From a bacterium (lineage in GTDB: Bacteria > CSSED10-310): a stretch of 64,000 nt of DNA. Below are positions 36,605 to 45,148 of the stretch, piece after piece (position 1 is the first letter of the stretch; each line of letters opens with the position of its first letter). Where the stretch lies: the NCBI GenBank assembly GCA_049652745.1, contig JBASEY010000029.1:66440-130439 (forward strand), in the 5' to 3' direction. A program made the translations under genes and the position numbers. The notes below the pieces were generated by a model. It did not search any database, was not told the origin of the DNA, and worked only from the letters and a program-made list of their open reading frames with translations.

Positions 36605-38908
36605 ATGATGGATCAGTCTCGAAAGCACGGGGCATCTGGAAATACTTCAGTCTCATCCTCTTTGAGAAATAGGATGCCGGACGATTTTACGCTTGATTTA
36701 TCTGAGAATGCTCGGGTGGTTCTTGAGCGCCGATATTTGCGAAAAGATGATGATGGACAAGTAGTTGAAACGCCGGTACAGATGTTCAGGCGTGTCGCAG
36801 CGAATATTGCGCTAGCTGAGAGGCGGTTTGTCGGCGAAGAAACTGCGAAAGAGATGGAAGAAAAGTTTTTTCGGGTGATGACATCGATGGAGTTTTTGCC
36901 GAATTCGCCGACATTGATGAATGCGGGGAGGGATCTTCAGCAGTTATCCGCTTGTTTTGTATTACCTGTTCAAGATTCAATCGAGAGCATTTTTAATACT
37001 GTTCGAGACACGGCTTTGATTCACAAATCCGGTGGTGGAACAGGTTTTGGGTTTTCTCGTGTTCGTCCGAAAGATGATCGGGTTCAAAGTACAAGCGGTG
37101 TGGCAAGCGGCCCGGTTACGTTCATGCAGGTATTCGATGCCGCAACGGAAGCGATCAAACAGGGTGGAACCCGACGAGGCGCGAACATGGCTATTTTGCG
37201 AGTTGATCATCCGGATATTGTCGAGTTCATAGGTTGTAAAAACGAGCAGGCGAAGCTGAATAATTTTAATATATCGGTCGCATTGACGGACACCTTTATG
37301 GAAGCTGTAAAAAATGGAAGCGAATACCCTCTGATCAATCCGCGAACCGGGCAGGTCCAAAAGCACGAGGACGCTCAGAAAATTTTCGATCTCATTGTTC
37401 AACAGGCGTGGAAAAACGGGGAACCAGGAATTGTTTTCATTGACAGAGTGAACGCTGATAATCCAACTCCACATATTGGAGAAATTGAGTCAACCAACCC
37501 ATGTGGAGAGCAGCCGCTGTTACCGTTTGAGTCGTGTAATCTCGGCTCCATCAACCTCGCGAAAATGTTTGTGCAAACCGACAATACCGTTTCAATTGAT
37601 TATAAAAGGCTGGACGAAACGATAAAAACCGCGATTCGCTTTTTAGATGACGTAATTGAGATGAATCGTTATCCCCTGGTTGCTATCCAGGAAAAAACCT
37701 TGGCCAATCGAAAAATCGGTTTGGGTGTGATGGGTTTTGCGGATTTATTGATCAAGATGGGTATTCCTTACAATTCGGATGCTGCCGTTCGGACGGGCGA
37801 GAAGCTCATGGAATATATCAACCTGCGTGCGATAGAATTTTCACGGGACTTGGCTGAAGAACGAGGCGCTTTTCCCAATTATCCGGGATCGATTTGGGAC
37901 AAATCTGATGAGCGTCCTATGCGTAATGCAACTGTGACGACGATTGCGCCTACGGGCACAATATCAATTATCGCCGGATGCTCAAGTGGAATTGAACCTT
38001 TGTTTGCTGTGGCATTTAAACGTAGAATTTTGGATGGCGATGAGCTCACGGAAGTCCATCCTATCTTGCTTCAAATGGCTAAAGACGGGGGATTTTATTC
38101 TCAGGAACTGATGAAGAAAATAGCGACTCAAGGATCTGTTCAGAATATTTCGGAAGTTCCTGCGGAATTAAGAAGGGTTTTCGTGACAGCTCACGATGTC
38201 ACACCGGATTGGCATGTTAAAATGCAGGCGGCATTTCAAAAACATACCCATAACGCCGTGTCGAAAACGATCAATTTTCCTTTTCACGCGTTAGCCGAAG
38301 ATGTGCGACAAGCTTTTGAGCTGGCTTATAAACTTGGATGCAAAGGTATTACGGTTTACCGTGATGGAAGCCGAGAAGCACAAGTGTTATCCACTGGGAA
38401 AACTGAGAGCCTGGCAGACAATCTGACTATGAGTTCAGGGGTCGGGGTTAAACCGCGTCCAAGACCCCTATGTGTCACCGGACGGACAATAGAAATGGAA
38501 ACGGGCTGTGGTAGCTTGTATGTGACAATTAATGAAGATGAAAAGGGTAACCCTTTCGAGGTTTTCGCACAAATAGGCAAGGCCGGCGGCTGTGTCGCCT
38601 CTCAAACACAATCTACAGCCCGCCTCTGTTCGTTGGCGCTCCGCTCCGGAATTGAACCCAAAAGCATTATTAAACAATTGATAGGAATCAGTTGCCACAA
38701 ACCCAGCGGGTACGGCTCAAAAAAAATCCTGTCCTGCTCCGATGCCATTGCAAAAGCTCTGAATTGGTATTTAGCGCTGGAGAAGAATCAAAAGACCGAG
38801 TTTCACATCGATCGAGAACGTGGTGCATGTCCTGATTGTGGAGGTGTTATCGAGCACATCAACGGATGTGAAACGTGTCGGAGTTGCGGTTATTCAGAAT
38901 GCGGGTGA
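36605..38908 (+). CDS. nrdJ: Class II (adenosylcobalamin-dependent) ribonucleotide reductase
   Basis: 767 aa. NPCGEQPL (thiyl-radical Cys loop), FESCNLGSINL and the C-terminal Zn-ribbon CPDCGG...CETCRSCG are present. Confidence 0.9.
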   Translation: MMDQSRKHGASGNTSVSSSLRNRMPDDFTLDLSENARVVLERRYLRKDDDGQVVETPVQMFRRVAANIALAERRFVGEETAKEMEEKFFRVMTSMEFLPNSPTLMNAGRDLQQLSACFVLPVQDSIESIFNTVRDTALIHKSGGGTGFGFSRVRPKDDRVQSTSGVASGPVTFMQVFDAATEAIKQGGTRRGANMAILRVDHPDIVEFIGCKNEQAKLNNFNISVALTDTFMEAVKNGSEYPLINPRTGQVQKHEDAQKIFDLIVQQAWKNGEPGIVFIDRVNADNPTPHIGEIESTNPCGEQPLLPFESCNLGSINLAKMFVQTDNTVSIDYKRLDETIKTAIRFLDDVIEMNRYPLVAIQEKTLANRKIGLGVMGFADLLIKMGIPYNSDAAVRTGEKLMEYINLRAIEFSRDLAEERGAFPNYPGSIWDKSDERPMRNATVTTIAPTGTISIIAGCSSGIEPLFAVAFKRRILDGDELTEVHPILLQMAKDGGFYSQELMKKIATQGSVQNISEVPAELRRVFVTAHDVTPDWHVKMQAAFQKHTHNAVSKTINFPFHALAEDVRQAFELAYKLGCKGITVYRDGSREAQVLSTGKTESLADNLTMSSGVGVKPRPRPLCVTGRTIEMETGCGSLYVTINEDEKGNPFEVFAQIGKAGGCVASQTQSTARLCSLALRSGIEPKSIIKQLIGISCHKPSGYGSKKILSCSDAIAKALNWYLALEKNQKTEFHIDRERGACPDCGGVIEHINGCETCRSCGYSECG

Positions 38909-40154
38909 TGGCAGGATCGAAAAAATCCTTTGGGATGCGCTGAACGTCGAATAGTGTCGCAATAAGCTGATTTTCCTCGCCCCAACGATGGACATTGATA
39001 TATTCCCAAACGCTGTCAAGATCAGAGTTCGTTTCAATTACTCTCCCTCTGTTGCTTTCGACAATCAGGGTATTGCCATTGGACAATCGGTAGCAGGCTC
39101 CAGAGGTAGATGAAAACAAAGGTGTTTTAACACTATCGCTATATGTCCATATTGTTTTCTGAGTTGTTGGATTAAATTCAATAACTTTTGATCGGCCGTC
39201 ATGCCCGGTATTATCGAAAAGAAGAATATGGCCGTTTGGCAGAATGGATGGTTCGTGCTGGAACGACCACAGGCCGGTCAAAGCCCATTTAACTCGTTTT
39301 GCATTAGGATCCACGATCGCTATTGCATCCATGTTGCGAATGGATATCAGCAAAGTTCCGGGCAGGTATATCGGTAAAAGTTGAGCCGTTTTATCATCGA
39401 TGTAGCTAATAGTATTTGCGTGGAAAATATCGCCTGAGGAAGGAATTTTTTTCAGATATGGGGTATAACGGGAAAAAGTGAACGCTTCGATTAAAGACAG
39501 ACGCGAAATGATTTTTCCGGTTTGGGCGTCCAGTTTAACGATCTCTTCATCGTAGATATAATCGTTCGGGTTAAACGATTCATACTTTCTTCTTTTTTGG
39601 ACAAATGTATAAAGGTAGCCTTCAGGACAAATGGTCAGATCATGATGACATTTGGCAGGCTGTGTCCAGATAATTTCCGAATTCCAGTTCAACCGCACCA
39701 TACCGGTTCCGTTGTAAATTCCGATCAGATCCCCATTGGGCAAAACTTTGGCTCGTCGAAAACTGCGGGCTTTTTCAGATGAAATCGACTTGTCGTCATT
39801 TGAAAGGAAGGCTTCATTTCTTGGACAGCGCCATGTATGAAGAATGGTTCCATCCATGTCCATCAAATCAACCTCGGGGCCATGCCCGGATACAATCAGG
39901 TTGTATCCGCTTTGGGCATTGGCCGGCTGATATTTTAGCACACCACCTGTTTGAGTCGCTATTTCATGACCGCCTAAATAGCCGAGTGCTTCAAGTTGCT
40001 GAATGAGGTCGTCATCCATTGAATAAGTTTCTTCGAGTTGCTGCAATATCTCATTTTGATGAACGGGTTGTTGAACATTATCCGGAGAAGCAATGGAATC
40101 GGCTGGGTGCGTTCCGATAATCAGCAACAGGTTAAGCAATAAAAAAGTCTTCAT
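38859..40154 (-). CDS. Secreted arylsulfotransferase (ASST)-like beta-propeller protein
   Basis: Signal peptide MKTFLLLNLLLIIGTHPA. ASST-like features include HHDLTICPEG, NGHILLFDNTG and NGNTLIVES. Its 3' end overlaps the nrdJ 3' end by 50 nt, convergently. Confidence 0.5.
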   Translation of the reverse strand: MKTFLLLNLLLIIGTHPADSIASPDNVQQPVHQNEILQQLEETYSMDDDLIQQLEALGYLGGHEIATQTGGVLKYQPANAQSGYNLIVSGHGPEVDLMDMDGTILHTWRCPRNEAFLSNDDKSISSEKARSFRRAKVLPNGDLIGIYNGTGMVRLNWNSEIIWTQPAKCHHDLTICPEGYLYTFVQKRRKYESFNPNDYIYDEEIVKLDAQTGKIISRLSLIEAFTFSRYTPYLKKIPSSGDIFHANTISYIDDKTAQLLPIYLPGTLLISIRNMDAIAIVDPNAKRVKWALTGLWSFQHEPSILPNGHILLFDNTGHDGRSKVIEFNPTTQKTIWTYSDSVKTPLFSSTSGACYRLSNGNTLIVESNRGRVIETNSDLDSVWEYINVHRWGEENQLIATLFDVQRIPKDFFDPAITRILNNRNSDTFHIR

Positions 40155-40162
40155 ATTAGTCC

Positions 40163-41158
40163 TTAAGTAAAAGCTGGGTTGAATTGGTGGATATGTTGAA
40201 TCAATTGAGTGACGATATTCATGTATTCTCCATGGATTTTGCAGCCTGAAGCTTTACGGTGACCACCTCCACCGAATTTTTCCGCTACGGATGCAACATC
40301 CCAGTTATCGATTGCGCGAAGGCTGATTTTGAAATTCATAGGTTCCAATTCCCGCATGAAAATTGAAATTTGAACTCCGTCGATTGAAAGCGCGAGGTTA
40401 CTGAAACCTTCGAGCTCCCTGTCGATTCCAAGCTGGTTGGCGAAAAAGGCATAGGGCAGATGTGAAACAGCGATTTTTCCACCATCGAGGAGCTCGATGC
40501 TTTGAAGCACCTGAGCCAATGTTCTGACACGAAGAATATTGGTTTTATGGAAAAGCTGGTGGCTTGTATATTCTGGATTCGCACCGGAATCTATCAATCC
40601 GGCGGCAATTCTCAATGTGTTACCGGAAGTATTTGAAAATCGAAAGTTACCGGTGTCGAAAAGGATACCGGCATAAAGCGTATTAGCTAAATCCGGCGCT
40701 AATTCAATTGGCATAAAAGCAGAGAGTTGGGCGAGGATTTCGCATGTTGAAGAGGCGTGAACGTCGATGAGGTTCAACAAGGCGAAATTTTCATTTTTGG
40801 GATGGTGATCGATACAGATGATAGTTGGACACATTTGAACCCATTTGCCGGCATCGCCAAGGCGTTCAAGTGAAGGTGAATCCAATACAATGGCAACCTG
40901 TATCGAATCTGGGGGGAGATCCACGTGAGTTGACAAGATTTGTCCGAATCCCGGGAGAAAATCATACCGCGGATCAGGAAAAGGGTCAGCGATAACCGGC
41001 CAGACACGTTTACCCAGCTTGCGAAGCGTTTCCGACACATAACAGACAGCAGCTATCGCATCACCATCCGCTCGGATATGAGCCGTCACAATGAAGGTCT
41101 CATGGTACCTAAACGCATCGGCGATCTGTTTGAAAAGTTTTTTTTCTATTTTTGACAA
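40163..41158 (-). CDS. nrnA: DHH/DHHA1 phosphoesterase, NrnA-like nanoRNase / pAp phosphatase
   Basis: HIRADGDAIAAV and ICIDHH (DHH motif) are present, as is GGGHRKASG (DHHA1 GGGH). The start is TTG. Confidence 0.85.
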   Translation of the reverse strand: MSKIEKKLFKQIADAFRYHETFIVTAHIRADGDAIAAVCYVSETLRKLGKRVWPVIADPFPDPRYDFLPGFGQILSTHVDLPPDSIQVAIVLDSPSLERLGDAGKWVQMCPTIICIDHHPKNENFALLNLIDVHASSTCEILAQLSAFMPIELAPDLANTLYAGILFDTGNFRFSNTSGNTLRIAAGLIDSGANPEYTSHQLFHKTNILRVRTLAQVLQSIELLDGGKIAVSHLPYAFFANQLGIDRELEGFSNLALSIDGVQISIFMRELEPMNFKISLRAIDNWDVASVAEKFGGGGHRKASGCKIHGEYMNIVTQLIQHIHQFNPAFT

Positions 41159-41285
41159 AAGCCTTAATTATCCCTTCGTCTTTTCGGGCATAGTTCTGCT
41201 AGAACCCCTGTAAAAACCATACGACATAAAACCACGTTTGTAAAACAGGATGTTTTTTTTGAAACCGCAAGCTGTTCATAAGTAT

Positions 41286-41313
41286 TTGAATTGTTAAAAG
41301 AAAGTGGTAAAAT
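41286..41313 (+). promoter_or_regulatory. Candidate sigma70 promoter for the GGDEF-STAND gene
   Basis: TTGAAT, a 16-nt spacer, then TAAAAT, about 40 nt upstream of the TTG start. Confidence 0.35.
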
Positions 41314-41356
41314 AGCAAAAGTTGGGGAGCTGAAAAACCGAACGGAGACATTTTAG

Positions 41357-44300
41357 TTGAAAATATCGTTGAGAGACGCGCTGACCGGGCTGGCAAACCG
41401 GTTTTTGCTTGATGAAATCAAAAGTGATTTTACCAAACGTGAAACCGGCCAAACCTGGGTTTGCATCATGATAGATGTTGATCATTTTAAATTAGTAAAT
41501 GATCTGTACGGCCATCTTAATGGTGACCGGATTTTAGTTGAGATATCTGGGGCTCTTCAGAAAGTTTTTGAAAAAAAAGGATATACGCTTCGTTTTGGCG
41601 GTGATGAATTTTTAGTGATTCTAAAAGACAAACCGGTTCAAGAAGCCTTGAAGATGGTCGAGAGTCTAATGGATGATGTCCGAAAGCTGGATTTTTTTGC
41701 CAACCTAAGTCTTTCTCTGTCAGTTGGTTTGGCTGAATCACACTTCACTGATAACGATATTATGGTTGTCATAGACAGGGCTGATAAAGCGCTTTACGAT
41801 GCCAAAACAATGGGTAGGGGACGGAAGGTATTATTTTCGGAAAAACAGAATCTCGTGAAAACAGAAGCCATTCGTCTTGGTTACTTCGTCGGGCGCCAAA
41901 CGGAACTGCGCATGCTTCATCAGCTTCTAGAAGAAAGTGTTTCAACCGGACCACGTTTGGCATTGATTGAAGGTGACCCGGGTATTGGAAAAAGTCGGCT
42001 TGCATCGGAAGTGATCCAGTACGCTCATTTTCGCAATTGTGCGATAATGCATTCCGGATGTTTCCAATTTGGTGATATTGAGCCTTATACTTTCTTTTTG
42101 AAACCGATTAGAGAGTTTTTCAAGAGTCTTGTTCCAGGGGACATCCAGAGGATTAAACGCATGGTGGAACCTGTTCATCCGGCGACTGCCGAGCTCTTTT
42201 CCGAGTTGGAATTAAAAGCATCTCCCGATATGCAGCTTTTTGGTGAAGATAGAATAAAATTCCGAATGCTTGAAGACTTTATAAAAATCTTGTCCGCCAT
42301 TTCAAAATGGACTCCGGTTTTGTTCATTGTAGATGATATACACTGGATGACGGCTCCGGACATGGAATTATTCAAGTTTCTGGTACGCTCATCCGGAAAT
42401 AATCATATCATGTTCATGGTGACCATGCGGGACATGGAGGAATCATCTGGAGAAATTCGTAATCACCTTCATTCGCTGAATCGGACAATTCCGTTGTTAA
42501 AACTCAAGTTGGGCAATCTTGAGCGACAGGAGACATATAACTTGATCATGTTTGCCCTTAAAGACCCCAATATGCCATCGAAGTTTTTGGAAACTATCTA
42601 TCGACAAAGCGGAGGTAATCCATTTTTCCTTGAAGAACTGATCAATTCGATGATCCAAACCGGTGCAATATCGCGTAAGGCATCAGGTGATTGGACATAT
42701 TTTTTATCCAGAAATATCAAACTCCCAGAAAGCTTGGCCCAATTGATGGCTGATCGCCTTTATCCTCTAACTTCCAAGAGTCGAGATTACCTGCGGATTG
42801 CGGCATTGTCTTCCGGGAGTTTTTCCGTCGATATGATTGCTGCTGTAACAGGTGATTCTTTAGTCGACGTCATGGAAGGGCTTGAAGAACCGGTTCGTTT
42901 AAACTTGGTTCAATGCATCGTTGGAAAAAACAGGACTATTTACAGATTCGTTCATGACACGATTTGCTCATTTCTGCACCGGGAATTATCCGATGGGATG
43001 AAAAAAATCTATCACAAACGAATTGCCGAGTATCTTGAGGTTAGATACCGTTCTGAGGCTAACGAAGAGATAGTGATCGATATGGCTCATCATTATCAGG
43101 CTGGTGACGGCAAAGAAAAAGCTGCTTGGTCGGCGCTTCTGGCATCGCAGATTTTTGAAAAGCGGCAGGCTTATCGTGAAACGGCGCGATGGCTCGAAAC
43201 CTATTGCCAGAACAGCAAAATATCCGAACACAACAAAGATGAACATTTCAAAGCATCTTTGAAATTAGGCGTTCTGTACACTATGTTCGGCGATTTTGAA
43301 AATGCCGCTCACAATTTGGATTCGGCAGAAAAATTGGCTGTAAAAAGCGACGATATATCAACGGTAAAATGGAGACGAGGCCAGTTGTATCAGACGATGT
43401 GTATGTACAACGAAGCTCGGAAGTGTTACGATCAAGCTTTTGCTTTCGCTGTGTCCGCATTAAAGAAAATCGATGCTCTGAATTCACTGGCATTTCTTAA
43501 TTATGTGCTGGGGAATTTGAAAAATGCTCAGGCTATGATATGCCAAGCAGAAAGTCTTTTAGATAAACTCGAAACCGACCAAGGAACTCGAGAGTACTAC
43601 ATGGCGTCTCTTGCTATGTCCAGAGGAATAGTAGCCACGGCGATCATGCCTGGACCTGAAGCTATTGCTGAATACGAAAAAGCGCTGAACGTTTATATCA
43701 AATATGAAGATTTTTTGAAGCAAGCCATAATTTACAACAACCTGTCAGAAGTCTTTTCAAGAGCGGGTCAATACGAAAAAGCGTTGGAATCGCTGAAAAA
43801 AGCTGCAAAGATCAATAATCGATTAGGTGACGTCGTAAATGAAGCGATAGCATTGTTCAATACAGCGGTTTTGTATGTTGAGATTAACCAACTGGTTTTG
43901 GCGAAGGAATATTTTCAGCGATATAGTGATTATGATCTAGACATCAATGGCGAAATAGGCCAGGCATTCAATTACCAGGGCTTAGGAATGCTGTATGAAG
44001 AGGAAGGCGATTTCGAAAGGGCTGAGATTTCCTTTGGCAAAGCCGTAGACATGTTCGAAAAATTAGGCGTTGAAAAAGAGGCCTTATCTTGCCGCCTCGA
44101 GTTGGCTCATCTTATGATTCGAAACAATAAAATTGAGAAAGCAGAGGAAATTTTTTTGGCAGGATTGAAAAAAACAGACGACATTCCAGAAAAAGGCCTT
44201 GGAAACCAAATACTTTTTATTAAAGGATTGTTGAAATTTAAAAAGAGCGCTCCAAGTGACAGAGATGCTTTGAATGAAGCGGAGGTGTTGATTGAAAAGT

Positions 44301-44518
44301 CCCTGGAGGGACGATACACATATATATCTGTGATTATGCGAAGTTTTTATTACTTGATACAGATCAAACGCCTAAAGGAGGAATATGACCAGGCAGACGA
44401 GCTTCTTCAGAATGCCAGACAAGAATTGGAGAAAAGCCTGAGTTACATTGAAAAAGCTCATATTCAAGAGAGTATTCGAAACAAAGGCTATATCAAAAAG
44501 ATATTCGAAGGCATATGA
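41357..44518 (+). CDS. GGDEF diguanylate cyclase fused to a STAND-type P-loop NTPase and a TPR array
   Basis: The N-terminal GGDEF domain has DALTGLANR, DVDHFKLVND, RFGGDEFLV and RADK (I-site-like RxxD). A P-loop GDPGIGKSRL and a Walker B-like LFIVDDIH follow. The C-terminal 500 aa are repeated TPR-like helices. The start is TTG with a GGAGA Shine-Dalgarno. Confidence 0.8.
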   Translation: MKISLRDALTGLANRFLLDEIKSDFTKRETGQTWVCIMIDVDHFKLVNDLYGHLNGDRILVEISGALQKVFEKKGYTLRFGGDEFLVILKDKPVQEALKMVESLMDDVRKLDFFANLSLSLSVGLAESHFTDNDIMVVIDRADKALYDAKTMGRGRKVLFSEKQNLVKTEAIRLGYFVGRQTELRMLHQLLEESVSTGPRLALIEGDPGIGKSRLASEVIQYAHFRNCAIMHSGCFQFGDIEPYTFFLKPIREFFKSLVPGDIQRIKRMVEPVHPATAELFSELELKASPDMQLFGEDRIKFRMLEDFIKILSAISKWTPVLFIVDDIHWMTAPDMELFKFLVRSSGNNHIMFMVTMRDMEESSGEIRNHLHSLNRTIPLLKLKLGNLERQETYNLIMFALKDPNMPSKFLETIYRQSGGNPFFLEELINSMIQTGAISRKASGDWTYFLSRNIKLPESLAQLMADRLYPLTSKSRDYLRIAALSSGSFSVDMIAAVTGDSLVDVMEGLEEPVRLNLVQCIVGKNRTIYRFVHDTICSFLHRELSDGMKKIYHKRIAEYLEVRYRSEANEEIVIDMAHHYQAGDGKEKAAWSALLASQIFEKRQAYRETARWLETYCQNSKISEHNKDEHFKASLKLGVLYTMFGDFENAAHNLDSAEKLAVKSDDISTVKWRRGQLYQTMCMYNEARKCYDQAFAFAVSALKKIDALNSLAFLNYVLGNLKNAQAMICQAESLLDKLETDQGTREYYMASLAMSRGIVATAIMPGPEAIAEYEKALNVYIKYEDFLKQAIIYNNLSEVFSRAGQYEKALESLKKAAKINNRLGDVVNEAIALFNTAVLYVEINQLVLAKEYFQRYSDYDLDINGEIGQAFNYQGLGMLYEEEGDFERAEISFGKAVDMFEKLGVEKEALSCRLELAHLMIRNNKIEKAEEIFLAGLKKTDDIPEKGLGNQILFIKGLLKFKKSAPSDRDALNEAEVLIEKSLEGRYTYISVIMRSFYYLIQIKRLKEEYDQADELLQNARQELEKSLSYIEKAHIQESIRNKGYIKKIFEGI

Positions 44519-44715
44519 TTTATTCGATATAAGCAGCCCTTTTCAGTTCGCGGTACAGTCCATTGAAATAACCACGCAGACGATCAGTCGGGTCTTGAAC
44601 GCTGCTATACACGTGCCAATTTAATCTTTACATTTGAAGAGTTTTTTTATATTCTCCTTCCCGGATGTTTTTTCTTCCTGATGTATTCGTTGAGCAATTC
44701 TGCGAGGACTCAATA

Positions 44716-45090
44716 ATGATTAATCTTGTCAATTCCATGAGCGTCAAACCTGTGAAAATGCTTGAAGGCGTGACCATGCGACTGGTGATCGGCCCGGATC
44801 AAGGGGCGCCCCATTTCAACCTTCGAATTTTTGAGGTTCAGCCTGAAGCTTCGACCCCATTCCACTCGCATTGGTGGGAGCATGAGGTGTTCATTCTAGC
44901 CGGTAACGGTGTGGTCAGGAACCAGACCGAAGAAAAATCGATCAAGCCTGGAGATGCCATATTGGTTCCCGGCGGAGAAATTCATCAATTTATAAATACC
45001 GGGACAGAAATACTCCGATTTATCTGTTTGGTGCCGCAGGAGTGGCTTAAATCCGTTTCCGATCAAAAAAAACTTGAATCAGATGGTTGA
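44716..45090 (+). CDS. Cupin-2 domain protein
   Basis: The HSHWWEHEVFIL...PGGEIHQF two-His cupin motifs are present. ATG at 44716 follows a GAGGA Shine-Dalgarno. Confidence 0.7.
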   Translation: MINLVNSMSVKPVKMLEGVTMRLVIGPDQGAPHFNLRIFEVQPEASTPFHSHWWEHEVFILAGNGVVRNQTEEKSIKPGDAILVPGGEIHQFINTGTEILRFICLVPQEWLKSVSDQKKLESDG

Positions 45091-45148
45091 ACGGTCTGAA
45101 TGGCGGGCCGTATAAAATATAACTTGAACAAATAAAGGAGATATTGCC

